Positions 8,823 through 18,825 of a DNA stretch of 59,020 nucleotides are shown piece by piece. Position 1 is the first letter of the stretch, and each line of letters opens with the position of its first letter. Below the pieces are notes generated by a model. It was not told where the DNA came from and did not search any database. It worked only from the letters and a program-made list of their open reading frames with translations. Origin of the DNA: a virus (taxonomy: Duplodnaviria; Caudoviricetes); IMG/VR virus record IMGVR_UViG_3300025168_000094, positions 1 to 59,020 of that record. One strand, written 5' to 3'. The translations under genes were made by a program, and so were the position numbers.

Positions 8823-10583
8823 TCAACCGCCGCTCTCGCCGATAAGGCCACGAACAATAACAAGACCGTACATATCTGGACGGACCATTTTCTTGGCGTA
8901 ACGAGTCATCACGCCCTTACGAGGTACGAAGTCCTCTGGTCCAAAGATAGTTGGAGTTGTTTGCAGTGGCACGTATGGTGCGTACACGTATCCGCTTTCA
9001 AGGAAAGAGGAGCCGCGACGGCCAACGAGAATCACGTTACGCAAGAAGTATGGGTCAACGTAAACGTCGAACTTCTTAGTAAGCGCGCCGACCTTCTGAG
9101 CGCCGATGGAACCACGCTCATCGTCAGCAGTGACGGAAGCACGGAAACCAGCAGTGAACTCAAGGACGTTAGCAACTTCAGGTCCACAGACGATGAAGTT
9201 AGCGCCGCCACGAAGGGTCTTGCGGTGAATGTTAGCAGACACATCATTGATGGTCTCAACAAGAGTCTCATACCACTCGGAAACGGTACCGGTGAAGTCA
9301 GGGGCAGCCGAAGTTGCACCAATTTCAGCACCAGTGTTGCGGTTCACGAAGAGACCTGGGGAGCGAGACCAGTACTTAGTACCAGCGGTAGCGCCCTTAA
9401 CGAGATCTTCAAGGATCTCACGGTCGATCTCAAGAGCGATTTGCTCGGAGAGGATAGAAGTCAATTCGACTTCAGCATCCAAGTTGTGGTATGCGTTAAG
9501 GTCTTGACCTAACTCAGGAGTCCACTTAGCCTTAAGCTTCTTGGAAACAGCGGTAACAGCAATCGAGTCAACTTTAATGTCGATCTCGGGGATGTTGATG
9601 TTGTTTTCCAAGCCCCAGGGATCATCACCAATAACAGAACCAAGGGCTCCACCATTAATGAAGTCATCTTCTTGGGCGAAGGTAACTTTGTGACCTGCGG
9701 AAGCAGTAAGGATACCATGAAGTTGTGCTGCAGTAGCAGAACCATCATAAGAAGCAAGAACAAGCAAGCCTGTAGTCGTGCTAGAGCCACTGAAGCGGGT
9801 GAGACGACGAAGTTGGACACCGCGTTGACCTCCACCAGCGGAACTAGTAGTGTTAAGACCGGCGTTCGAGCCAGATGCATCTTGAAGAGTAACAGTGACG
9901 AAATCATCTTCGTTGAAGTTTGTCAAGCCAGACACTGTGAAAGAAGCGACGGCAACAGTTGCGCCGGCAGCACCTTCAAGTTCAGGGTCATGTTGACAAA
10001 GGTCAGGAAGAGCACCAGCAGAAGCACTGTATGTACTTGCTGTGATGAACGTCATAGCCAAAGCAGCGACGGATCCTGTTGGGGAAGCGTAACCGTTATT
10101 CAAGTTGCGAGGACCACGCTCAGCGTTGGCCTCAGAGATCAAGATACCACCAGTGATTTCGGACGCAACGCGACCACCACCGTAAACGGACTCTTCAGAG
10201 CCATCGGTACCGTAACCCAAGCGAGGGAGACCTGCACCGTTTGTAGAAACAGTGAAATCCATGAAGAAAATGAGGCCCGAGGGCAAACTCATAGGTTGCA
10301 CGGCGACGAGATCGTTGGCAATGAGGCCAGCGAAGACGCGACGTACAATGGGGAAAGCTACAGCAGCGAAGCCTTCAACATCGCCGCCAGCCATCGTGGA
10401 ACTTTCACGAAGAAGTTCCTTTGCTTGATTTTCAAGCAAGCGTGCCATGGTCTTGCGGCTGTTTTCGCCGGTAAGACCTTCAAGAAGACCGGTTTTCTCC
10501 CACTTAGAGAGAAGAGCACCACCTTCTGCACGCATATCTCTGTTGACCACACCTTCGGTCAATCTTTCGATAATACTAGACAT
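8823..10583 (-). CDS. Major capsid protein (T4 gp23-like)
   Basis: PIVRR, VQPMSLPSGLIF, KLKAKWTPELGQDLNAYHNLDAEVEL, EIDREIL, YAPYVPL, MTRYA; AGGAGG RBS. Confidence 0.97.
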   Translation of the reverse strand: MSSIIERLTEGVVNRDMRAEGGALLSKWEKTGLLEGLTGENSRKTMARLLENQAKELLRESSTMAGGDVEGFAAVAFPIVRRVFAGLIANDLVAVQPMSLPSGLIFFMDFTVSTNGAGLPRLGYGTDGSEESVYGGGRVASEITGGILISEANAERGPRNLNNGYASPTGSVAALAMTFITASTYSASAGALPDLCQHDPELEGAAGATVAVASFTVSGLTNFNEDDFVTVTLQDASGSNAGLNTTSSAGGGQRGVQLRRLTRFSGSSTTTGLLVLASYDGSATAAQLHGILTASAGHKVTFAQEDDFINGGALGSVIGDDPWGLENNINIPEIDIKVDSIAVTAVSKKLKAKWTPELGQDLNAYHNLDAEVELTSILSEQIALEIDREILEDLVKGATAGTKYWSRSPGLFVNRNTGAEIGATSAAPDFTGTVSEWYETLVETINDVSANIHRKTLRGGANFIVCGPEVANVLEFTAGFRASVTADDERGSIGAQKVGALTKKFDVYVDPYFLRNVILVGRRGSSFLESGYVYAPYVPLQTTPTIFGPEDFVPRKGVMTRYAKKMVRPDMYGLVIVRGLIGESGG

Positions 10584-10621
10584 AATAAAATCACCTCCTT
10601 TTTTTTATAATTTATTTGTGT

Positions 10622-11842
10622 TTATTTTATTCCAGCAAGCCTTCTCATACGATCCGAGAATGGATCTTGAGAGGCCACTTTGGTCTCTTTACGAGACGCG
10701 GTTAATACAGAATTACGACCACTGAGTGCTTCGCTCAATGACTTAGGGCTTCGCGTAGGCTTAGCTTCCATTGTGCTTTGAAGCGTTTCAAATATAGTCT
10801 TTGCTTCTGTGACTGAACCCGCGCCGGAAATAGCTTCGACAATTTTATCTTTCTGTCGCTCATTAAGGGAGGTATTTCTCAATACACGGTTCGTATATAA
10901 CAGTCTTGCATTAGAAAGATTAACTTCATAGAGATTCTCTTTGAGTTCTTCCATAGCGGACTGATAATTCACCAATTCTTCTTTAAGGCTCTCATTGTTT
11001 GCGAGGGTCTTTTCAAGTGTTTCCTTGGACTCATTAACTTTTTCTTGCTCTTCTTCGACTGATTCTTCTTCAGTCTCGGTAGAGGCTTCATTTGCAAGCT
11101 CTCTTTCTTGCTCGTCTTTCAATTGTGACGTAGGGCGTCCGGCCCAGCCGGAGATCTCTGCTTTCATATCAGCAGTGAGTTTTTCCATTACCGAATCAAA
11201 AAGACCATCCATGTCGATTTCTTCATCAACAATTTCAGCGTCTTCTTCATAGAGTTCTTCTTCAGACTCTTCCATATTGTAACGGGGGCTATTTGCATCA
11301 CACTTCTTGTGTGCTTCATCTTTAGACATGCCATCTTTCATGTGTGCTTTTTTGCAAGCATAGTAAGCGTCATCGTCATCTTGGAAGCGATCTTTATATT
11401 CATTAACTTCTTCTTCGTTAACGGAATCATCTTCGATCTCTAAATTAATGTCTTCATCGATATCACTGGAAAGTGCTTCGATTGCTTCTTGAAGTGCGCC
11501 CAAGTCAATGGTAACTTCAACATTTTCGCCTTCAGGAGAAAGAGAGTTTAAGTTATCTCCTTCATTGTTGGCTAAATCATCTGTAGAAGCAAGTGGAACC
11601 GTATCGGCTTCGTTTTCGACAATGTCTTCGCTCTCAGTTTCTGGATCGGCGTCGATACCCAATTCTGGCCCTGCTTCAAGAGGATCGGATTCTAGTCCGG
11701 GCTCATCTTGTTCCAGTAAACTTTCTAAAGTTCTCTTCACCTCTTCGGCGTATTTCTCGATAACAACAGATTCGGCGTTTTTGAGCGCAGAATCGCGAAG
11801 GGCTTTGGCATCTACAATAGACTCGTTAAGCAAGTTGGACAT
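10622..11842 (-). CDS. Prohead core scaffolding protein (T4 gp22-like role)
   Basis: Very acidic N-terminal and central region, coiled coil, C-terminal RMRRLAGIK; immediately upstream of the capsid gene. Start refined to 11842 (AGGAG). Confidence 0.7.
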   Translation of the reverse strand: MSNLLNESIVDAKALRDSALKNAESVVIEKYAEEVKRTLESLLEQDEPGLESDPLEAGPELGIDADPETESEDIVENEADTVPLASTDDLANNEGDNLNSLSPEGENVEVTIDLGALQEAIEALSSDIDEDINLEIEDDSVNEEEVNEYKDRFQDDDDAYYACKKAHMKDGMSKDEAHKKCDANSPRYNMEESEEELYEEDAEIVDEEIDMDGLFDSVMEKLTADMKAEISGWAGRPTSQLKDEQERELANEASTETEEESVEEEQEKVNESKETLEKTLANNESLKEELVNYQSAMEELKENLYEVNLSNARLLYTNRVLRNTSLNERQKDKIVEAISGAGSVTEAKTIFETLQSTMEAKPTRSPKSLSEALSGRNSVLTASRKETKVASQDPFSDRMRRLAGIK

Positions 11843-11916
11843 GAATTCTCTCCTAAATTGACAATAATTCAAAATAAATAGTATTATTTAAGCAGGAAAG
11901 CAATTTTTTATGAGAC

Positions 11917-14898
11917 TTATACGGACCTATCGTCATATTCCCAAACACAAGTGATATTAACATCGGCTGGGTTTTGGTTAAATTTCATCTGCACTCCAAC
12001 GATTTGGCCGGCGGTGAAGTGTTGAGAGCCTGAGAAATTAAACGTGCCAGTTGTGTTTGCCGCGGTAATTGAAATTGTTTGAGCTTCGACTTCGGCGCTG
12101 GCGCCGGCTGCATTGAAGTCTTCGGTTCCATCAGATGCAACTGCTACCTTTGCAGTGCAGTTTCCGTTCGGGTTGTTTTTAGAGCGGGCATAAACTCTTC
12201 TAAGATTTCCGTTGAACGGAGCAATGAACTGATGGCGGTAATCGCCCGTGGTAGATTCAGTGGTACTACCAAATTGTGGAATGAAGTGCGCGGTATTAGC
12301 GCCAAAGATATAGGCATGAACTGTTTTTTCTGTTCTGCCCTCAGATCTAAAGGGTCCAGTGACAGCCGAACCCGACACTTTAAGAAAGCCAGATGTTTCA
12401 ACACCGGTTGTTAATTGTGCTGTAGTACCTGAGATGCTCGTCGGAGATGGGAGACTAGTAAGACCTGCGGCGCTGCCATGGAAGACCGCTGCATGGACGT
12501 TACCGCTAACCGCTAAGTTAGCAGACGATGAGATAGAACCAACAGAATTTATAGTGCTAGAACCCGAATACAGACCCACATTGGCAATCACATTGGCGCT
12601 AAGGCCTTCCATAACCGTACTGCCAGAGACATTCAAATTGTTGCCTAAGACAGTTGTACCTACAATCTGCAAGGTAGAGGAACTGGAAAGAGCACTCTTA
12701 AGTGTTGTTGAACCAGATACGGCTAACGTTCCTCCAATCATTGTGTTTCCAACTATTTCTAAGTCGCTGGAACCAGAAATCTTTCCATTTGAGTCCACCG
12801 TAGCGACGTTAGCATCAGCATTGGTTCTGAATTCAACTTGTGAGGATCCGGCGGCGTCACCCATTCTGAGACGGATGTCTTTGGCAGCTTGGTTGACACG
12901 TATGTTTAAGTGTCCTACTTCACTCTCCAACACACCGTTAGTTCCATTCCAATATATCTCCAAGGCCTTTGGGCCAAAGGAGGCAGATGCATTGTTGTTC
13001 GAGATATTTATTCCGCTGGAAGCTGTGATAGGTGCGACAAATTTGCTTGAACCAGATACTTTAAGGAATCCAGAAGTTTCAACACCAGTTGTTAATTGTG
13101 CCGTTGTGCCAGACAAAGATGTTGGGGCGCCAGCACTCACATTCGTGAGACCTGAGCCATCTCCGTAAAAATTAGCAGCATGTACCGCACCAGTTACTGC
13201 GACATCAACAGAGGCAGATAAAGAAATAGATGTTCTGATTATGTTAGAAGATGATACGATTCCAAGCATGTTGATGCCACCATCACCAATAAGTGTTACC
13301 GTGTCTCCAATAATCTCGATTGGAGAGCCACCGGATATGGCACTTGCTGTTAGAGAAGTTAGTGTAGCACTAGACGCAGAGATGACTGAGGAACCGCTGA
13401 ATTCAACGCTTCCGCTAAATGATATAGATGAAGCCGAAATACTCAATGGAGAACCGCCAATGATTTGACTGGCGGTTAAAGTAGTAAATTGTGCTGTGGT
13501 ACCGGACACAGCGTTAAGAGTGCTTGAACCAGACACTTTTAAGTATCCAGATGTCTCTAATCCTGTGGTACTGTAGACTCTGGCGGAACCAGATGTAGCA
13601 CCCGCGGATATACCAGTTAAGTTTGAACCATCTCCCCAATACTCAGTGGCATGAACGTTACCTGAAACTGCCAAGTTGGCCGATGAAGAGATGGATCCTA
13701 CGTTTGCAAGGACGCCCGAACCGGAATATGCTCCGACGTTTGTTATACCATTTGCCGTAATGTCTTCCATTACCGAGGAACCTGATACCTTTAAGAATCC
13801 GGAAGTCTCTAAACCAGTCACACTGTAAACTCTCGCGGCGCCAGATACGGCTCCTGCTGAAATACCAGTCAAATACGAACCGTCTCCATAGAACTCAGTA
13901 GCATGTATGTTTCCGGAAACTGCAACGTCACCGGAACTGGATATTGACCCAACCAATTGTGAAATACTGGATGCAGACAACGAAGTTGTAAACATACCAG
14001 CGGCTGTCATAGAACCAGTGCTTGTTACTGTTCCGCCAAATGTGGCGTTACCAACGTTATGCATAATATTAGAACCAGAAAGTCCATCAGTGACAAGTAT
14101 CAAGCCATTAACTTTGATGTTTCCATCATTCATTTGTATTAAATTGGCGCGCTCAGGAGTTCCTAAGAACTGACCTTGTGCCACAAATACAGAACCTGTC
14201 GCTACAATATCGGCCGACGAAGTGATTGAACCAACCGCTATGATACCGCCAGAACTGGATACTGGGCCTCGGAGAGCAATACCTCCATCTCCAACAATTG
14301 TTACTGTGTCTCCAAAAATTTCAATTGGAGAGCCTCCAGATATTGCACTGGCTGTAAGTGATGTAAGTGTGGCGCTCGATGCTGAAAGCACGGAGGAACC
14401 ACTAAATTCGACACTACCACTAAAGGTTATAGAGGATGCCGAAATACTTAATGGAGAGCCACCAACAATTTGACTAGCGGTGAGCGTGGTGAATTGGGCT
14501 GTAGTTCCTGATACAGCGTTTAAAGTGCTGGAGCCTGAAACTTTGAGGTAACCAGAGGTTTCAACACCGGTTGTTAATTGTGCGGTGGTGCCTGAGAGAT
14601 TTGACGGAGATGGAAGGCTAGTTAAGCCGGCTGCACTACCGTGAAAAGTTGTAGCGTGGATGGCGCCAGAGACTGCTATATCAGCAGATGACGAGATAGA
14701 ACCCACCATCGATATGACACCTGAGCCTGACAGGCTACCGGAAATTAGAACACTACCGCTGGTGGCGGTCAATCTATTTATACCACCTGCTTTTAGTGAT
14801 ACTTGATCGTTTTCGAAATCAATCTGAACGTCATTGGGATCTCCTTCAAATTGAATATCGCCGCTATGTTGGGGGCCTTTGTTAGAATTATAAGCCAT
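11917..14898 (-). CDS. Repetitive Ser/Gly/Thr-rich fibre or decoration protein
   Basis: 993 aa with five ETSG(Y/F)LKVSGS modules, each preceded by HA..(F/W).G...LT, plus a duplicated ~90-aa block. Confidence 0.7.
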   Translation of the reverse strand: MAYNSNKGPQHSGDIQFEGDPNDVQIDFENDQVSLKAGGINRLTATSGSVLISGSLSGSGVISMVGSISSSADIAVSGAIHATTFHGSAAGLTSLPSPSNLSGTTAQLTTGVETSGYLKVSGSSTLNAVSGTTAQFTTLTASQIVGGSPLSISASSITFSGSVEFSGSSVLSASSATLTSLTASAISGGSPIEIFGDTVTIVGDGGIALRGPVSSSGGIIAVGSITSSADIVATGSVFVAQGQFLGTPERANLIQMNDGNIKVNGLILVTDGLSGSNIMHNVGNATFGGTVTSTGSMTAAGMFTTSLSASSISQLVGSISSSGDVAVSGNIHATEFYGDGSYLTGISAGAVSGAARVYSVTGLETSGFLKVSGSSVMEDITANGITNVGAYSGSGVLANVGSISSSANLAVSGNVHATEYWGDGSNLTGISAGATSGSARVYSTTGLETSGYLKVSGSSTLNAVSGTTAQFTTLTASQIIGGSPLSISASSISFSGSVEFSGSSVISASSATLTSLTASAISGGSPIEIIGDTVTLIGDGGINMLGIVSSSNIIRTSISLSASVDVAVTGAVHAANFYGDGSGLTNVSAGAPTSLSGTTAQLTTGVETSGFLKVSGSSKFVAPITASSGINISNNNASASFGPKALEIYWNGTNGVLESEVGHLNIRVNQAAKDIRLRMGDAAGSSQVEFRTNADANVATVDSNGKISGSSDLEIVGNTMIGGTLAVSGSTTLKSALSSSSTLQIVGTTVLGNNLNVSGSTVMEGLSANVIANVGLYSGSSTINSVGSISSSANLAVSGNVHAAVFHGSAAGLTSLPSPTSISGTTAQLTTGVETSGFLKVSGSAVTGPFRSEGRTEKTVHAYIFGANTAHFIPQFGSTTESTTGDYRHQFIAPFNGNLRRVYARSKNNPNGNCTAKVAVASDGTEDFNAAGASAEVEAQTISITAANTTGTFNFSGSQHFTAGQIVGVQMKFNQNPADVNITCVWEYDDRSV

Positions 14899-14931
14899 TT
14901 AGTGTTAGTCTCCGTTTGTATTAAATATTCT

Positions 14932-16065
14932 TTAGGAACCTTTAGTTCCAATAATCCACCAATTTTCTCCATCGCACTGTAAAGTTCGCGATGAGTAATT
15001 CATTTTTATTAACTCATTGTTGCCAATGTCAATCTTACCTTCTTTACAGCTTAATGTAATTTCATTATCATTTAGCTTGTATTGGTTAGAGTTAGCTTTT
15101 TTGAAAATCAATACCCTGCCTTGGTTGTTGACAGGTGGTGGGAGATTGACATTCATTTTATTGTTTGACGCATCACAAATAATTGTGTAATCATCATTTT
15201 GTACTTCGTAGTTTTCTTCTTTAACGGTTTTGATTTTTTTATAAACAGAGCCTTCACAGACTAATTTATTTTTAATCTGGGTGCTGGCGGCTGATATTCT
15301 ACCTTCAACGTTTAAAGAATTATTACTTGGATCGAAGCTAAGGGCAGCAGTTGATTCAAAACCACTTCTACCTTTTAATTGGATTTCGTTCTTATTACCA
15401 GATGCATGTGGTATCTTCATATTGATATAGCTATCAAATAAATTTCTGATTGTTGTGCTTCTGGTCTTGCCTAAAGAAGCATCACTAACAAGCAACAAAT
15501 CATCGTCGCTAAGGTTTTGGCCTGCAAGATTGATTTTTTCAACCTTAGCAATGTCAGTAGTCAGTTTGTTATCTTCAAAGTACAATCCAGAATTATTGGC
15601 TACTGTTACGCTCAAAGAATCTTCTTCCATGGATAGACCTTGGGATAATTTAACCTGCAGCTTTCCTCTTACGTTTTGCAATCCGGCGCCGTAATCAACA
15701 AAATTAGCATTGATTTTGCTTACAAATTTATCTGTAGGGAGGGTATGCAAATAAATTCCTGAACCTGCAATTGTACTGGCATTGATGTTTTTTACATCTA
15801 ACGTCTGAGAATCACTGTTATACGTTAAGTTGTGATGTGTGCGAGCACCGTGTTGTTTATCAGCAATAATAATACCATCATTGATGTTGCCTTTAATTTT
15901 CTTAATTGCTACATCTTTCATGGTAGCACATGGAGATTCTGCGTCTGTATCATAAAAGACACTGGCACTAATAGTATTTTTAAAAACTTTGATGCCGCCG
16001 ATCTCTTGATCTCCGTGTTGGTCCACGGAACCTTCTACTACACCCTTAAGTACATTATATGCCAT
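14932..16065 (-). CDS. Fibre/decoration-type virion protein (paralog family)
   Basis: MAYN start (refined), DQEIGGIKVF fibre motif, C-terminal DDY...LP....G..L..K...ID...L.CDG.NW domain shared with neighbours. Confidence 0.65.
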   Translation of the reverse strand: MAYNVLKGVVEGSVDQHGDQEIGGIKVFKNTISASVFYDTDAESPCATMKDVAIKKIKGNINDGIIIADKQHGARTHHNLTYNSDSQTLDVKNINASTIAGSGIYLHTLPTDKFVSKINANFVDYGAGLQNVRGKLQVKLSQGLSMEEDSLSVTVANNSGLYFEDNKLTTDIAKVEKINLAGQNLSDDDLLLVSDASLGKTRSTTIRNLFDSYINMKIPHASGNKNEIQLKGRSGFESTAALSFDPSNNSLNVEGRISAASTQIKNKLVCEGSVYKKIKTVKEENYEVQNDDYTIICDASNNKMNVNLPPPVNNQGRVLIFKKANSNQYKLNDNEITLSCKEGKIDIGNNELIKMNYSSRTLQCDGENWWIIGTKGS

Positions 16066-16114
16066 ATTATATCCTCTCAACAATAAATAGAATTATATTA
16101 CTAAATAGCCTCAT

Positions 16115-16145
16115 AAAAAAGGATGCCCCCACAAGGAGGGCACCC
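16115..16145 (-). terminator. Intrinsic terminator
   Basis: GGGTGCCCTC-CTTGT-GGGGGCATCC followed by T6. Confidence 0.8.
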
Positions 16146-16179
16146 AAGACAATAGCCTAAGTCTAAAACTATGTTTAGA

Positions 16180-17712
16180 TTAGAAGATTCTCCATGCAGC
16201 ATCCGAGATAGCCATCAAGGAGACAGCACCGGAATCGGATTCGATTTCGATAGAAGCCACACCGTCAATGCTATCACCAGAGCCAGCAGCGATGATGAGC
16301 TTGTTGGAACCAACAAGCGGAGCTTTAACGTGTACGACATCGCCAGCAGCAGGAGCGGCTGGAAGAGTCCAGGTACGGTTAGCTGTGAGGTCTGCGGAGC
16401 CGTAGTTGAAGCCTTCGGCAAGAGTAGCGTCTGCATCACCGACTGCGGTGACGACAGCGCCGTCGAGCGAAAGAACACCACTAGCAAGTGTGAGACCAGC
16501 GCCTGCAACTGTAGACTTAAGACGAAGACCACCAGCAACAACTTCCATGGAAGCATCACCGTCGCCAGAGTTGAGTCTAAGGTCTGCAGAGAAAGCACCA
16601 CCTGCGAAGGACATATCCATCGAGTTAGTGTCAGATACGGACAATTGACCGCGAACACCAGCAGCAGCATCACCGTGAGCGATGGTGTCGAGTACAGAAC
16701 CCGAGAATTCGCTTTCGTCGATGCTAAACACACCAGAAGAGTAATCGATCATTGCTTCAGGGGCAACACTCAAGTGAGCGCGAACTTCAGCGGCCGAAGG
16801 ACCGGTGTAAGTAATAACACCCGAAGAGGCGTTGTAGGCCAAGGAGCCGTCACCACCAGCATCAGTCACAGAAATGTGGCTGCGAATACCGGCAGCAGCA
16901 TCAGCGTGAGCGATAACATCAAGTGCGGAACCAGAGAATTCAGTGTGCTTGATCTTGTAAACACCAGCAGAAACTTCAAGCATTTCGCCAGCGGTCATGT
17001 GAGCGCGGACTTCAGATGCCGAAGGACCGGTGTAGGTGAAAACACCTGTCGAAGAGTTGTAAGCAAAAGAGCCGTCACCACCAGCGTCTACAGCAGATAC
17101 TGCAGCACGAGCACGAGCGTCGGTGAAGTAAAGGTTTGTACCTTCAGCCAAGTCAGCAGTGTTTTTGGTTGCAAGAGCGTCAGCCCAAGAAGCAGAGTAC
17201 TCGGAAGCCTTGATCTTGTAGACACCAGCAGAAACTTCGAGCATTTCGCCAGCGGTCATGTGAGCGCGGACTTCAGAAGCAGAAGGGCCTGTGTAAGTAA
17301 GGACACCAGTTGAAGCGTTGTAAGCCATGGAGCCGTCACCGCCAGCATCAGTTACAGAAACCATGCCGCGAACGGAACTTGTCAAAAGATTCTCGTTCAT
17401 AGTCCAAGCACCAGTGCTAGAGTTGTAGTGCATGAAGCGATCTGCTTCCATAGAGATAGCAGCGCGAGCGCGAGTGTTGGTGAAGTAAAGGTTCGCAGAA
17501 CCTTCGCTAACATCATCAGTGTCAGCGAGTTCGAGAGATGTTGCAGGGTTTTGCAACTGGCCGTCGAGAGTCGAGGCCGAGAGGTTACGAGCAGCGTCGA
17601 TTACGACGGTGCTGCCGACTTTAAGTTTGCCGGCGGAAATGATGTCAATATCACCTTCTTGCTTGAGAGCACCAGAAAGGATAGCATCACCTAATTGAAA
17701 TTTGTAAGCCAT
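16180..17712 (-). CDS. Repetitive fibre/decoration protein
   Basis: Three DAGGDGS..YN.S.GV.TYTGPSA.EVRAH repeats, two EG..NLYFT..RARAA motifs, and the shared C-terminal TLP..G..V.VK..IDG domain. Confidence 0.75.
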   Translation of the reverse strand: MAYKFQLGDAILSGALKQEGDIDIISAGKLKVGSTVVIDAARNLSASTLDGQLQNPATSLELADTDDVSEGSANLYFTNTRARAAISMEADRFMHYNSSTGAWTMNENLLTSSVRGMVSVTDAGGDGSMAYNASTGVLTYTGPSASEVRAHMTAGEMLEVSAGVYKIKASEYSASWADALATKNTADLAEGTNLYFTDARARAAVSAVDAGGDGSFAYNSSTGVFTYTGPSASEVRAHMTAGEMLEVSAGVYKIKHTEFSGSALDVIAHADAAAGIRSHISVTDAGGDGSLAYNASSGVITYTGPSAAEVRAHLSVAPEAMIDYSSGVFSIDESEFSGSVLDTIAHGDAAAGVRGQLSVSDTNSMDMSFAGGAFSADLRLNSGDGDASMEVVAGGLRLKSTVAGAGLTLASGVLSLDGAVVTAVGDADATLAEGFNYGSADLTANRTWTLPAAPAAGDVVHVKAPLVGSNKLIIAAGSGDSIDGVASIEIESDSGAVSLMAISDAAWRIF

Positions 17713-17742
17713 TATATATTTCTCCTAAATTATGAATTATAT

Positions 17743-17790
17743 AAAAAATGCTAGACCAGTATGGACCCGAAGGCACAGACAAGCCCAGCA
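17743..17790 (-). promoter_or_regulatory. Leader hairpin with cUUCGg tetraloop followed by U6 (terminator or attenuator)
   Basis: TGCTGGGCT...GCC-TTCG-GGT...GGTCTAGCA-TTTTTT. Confidence 0.5.
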
Positions 17791-17827
17791 TTCAAGTTTA
17801 ACTAGTCTATACTTGGGGTAAACAAAA

Positions 17828-18805
17828 CTAGCTAATAAAATATTTATTGGAGCCGTTGCAATAAATCGATATTGCTGCGTATGGGGACTCTAAAACTATT
17901 GAATTTTTACCATCGATAGTTTCTGATCCAGAGGCAAAAATAATCACGCTATTGTTGTTTGCGTTGCCGCCTTCATCTTTTACTACGATCGTTTGACCGG
18001 TCATTAACTGGGACGCACCAAGTAATCTGATATCTATTTGTGACTCAGTTGAGTCAACACCAATGTAGTAGTCGTCTAATGAGGCAGTAATAGTAGAAGT
18101 AGTTGTCCTGTGGTTTAAGGACAGACCACCATTGATGGAAAGGGTATTGTTTTGAAAAAGTAAATTACCGGATCCGGTAAGATCATTATCAGCAGAATCA
18201 TGAAATTGAACTGAATATACAGGTCCTTCCGCAACAACATTATCTGCTTTCACATTAATGAGATTGCTGCCATCACCATAGAAAGCAGAAGCAGAGATAT
18301 TCAAACTTGCCGATAAGGCGCCTGTAACAAACGTAGACTTGTTTAGTACGATTCCACCCGGTATAGAGCCGATACTGCAATCAGGACCAAGGTGTACTGA
18401 GCCAGTACCAACGAACAATGAACCCCATCTTTGTGTTGCAGAGCCTAAATTGAATACAGCACTGCCAGATGGAAATATCGAACCTGTAATTGTTAAGCCA
18501 GCGCTGCTAGAGATGTTTACTGGTCCAAGGAACGAGGCTCCGGCAGATGCTGTTATGTCTCCTGTTACATTTAAGGTATTACCATCAAACGTCAAGTTGC
18601 TTTCACAAACTAAGTTATTAGCATCTCCATTGACATTTGTAAGGATTGCATTGTTAGTAGCATTAGACACACGAGGTATATTAATCACATCGCCAGCATC
18701 AGACGTGCTTAAGTTGCCTGATAGAATATTGGCATACGCTATATCTATCCGAGGTCTAAGTTCTGCGGGCAAGAACACAGTGCCCGACATGTTGTTATAA
18801 GCCAT
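17828..18805 (-). CDS. Fibre/decoration protein (paralog family)
   Basis: MAYN start, FYGDGSNL, GPVYSVQF, C-terminal DDYYIGV...GQTIVVKDE...IDG...IYCNG domain. Confidence 0.7.
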   Translation of the reverse strand: MAYNNMSGTVFLPAELRPRIDIAYANILSGNLSTSDAGDVINIPRVSNATNNAILTNVNGDANNLVCESNLTFDGNTLNVTGDITASAGASFLGPVNISSSAGLTITGSIFPSGSAVFNLGSATQRWGSLFVGTGSVHLGPDCSIGSIPGGIVLNKSTFVTGALSASLNISASAFYGDGSNLINVKADNVVAEGPVYSVQFHDSADNDLTGSGNLLFQNNTLSINGGLSLNHRTTTSTITASLDDYYIGVDSTESQIDIRLLGASQLMTGQTIVVKDEGGNANNNSVIIFASGSETIDGKNSIVLESPYAAISIYCNGSNKYFIS

Positions 18806-18825
18806 CTACATGCCTCCTCTATTAA

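Noticed and set aside
9672-10610. 312-aa plus-strand ORF antisense to the major capsid gene
   Set aside because: Shadow ORF expected from biased codon usage of the sense gene; no RBS or recognisable motif.
12359-13168. 269-aa plus-strand ORF
   Set aside because: Antisense shadow of the Ser/Gly/Thr-rich gene.
16171-17313. 380-aa plus-strand ORF antisense to the repetitive fibre gene
   Set aside because: Mirrors the sense-strand repeats and codon bias; no independent coding signal.
16770-17360. DNA direct repeats that could suggest a CRISPR array or mobile element
   Set aside because: They are in-frame, degenerate protein repeats without constant repeat-spacer structure.
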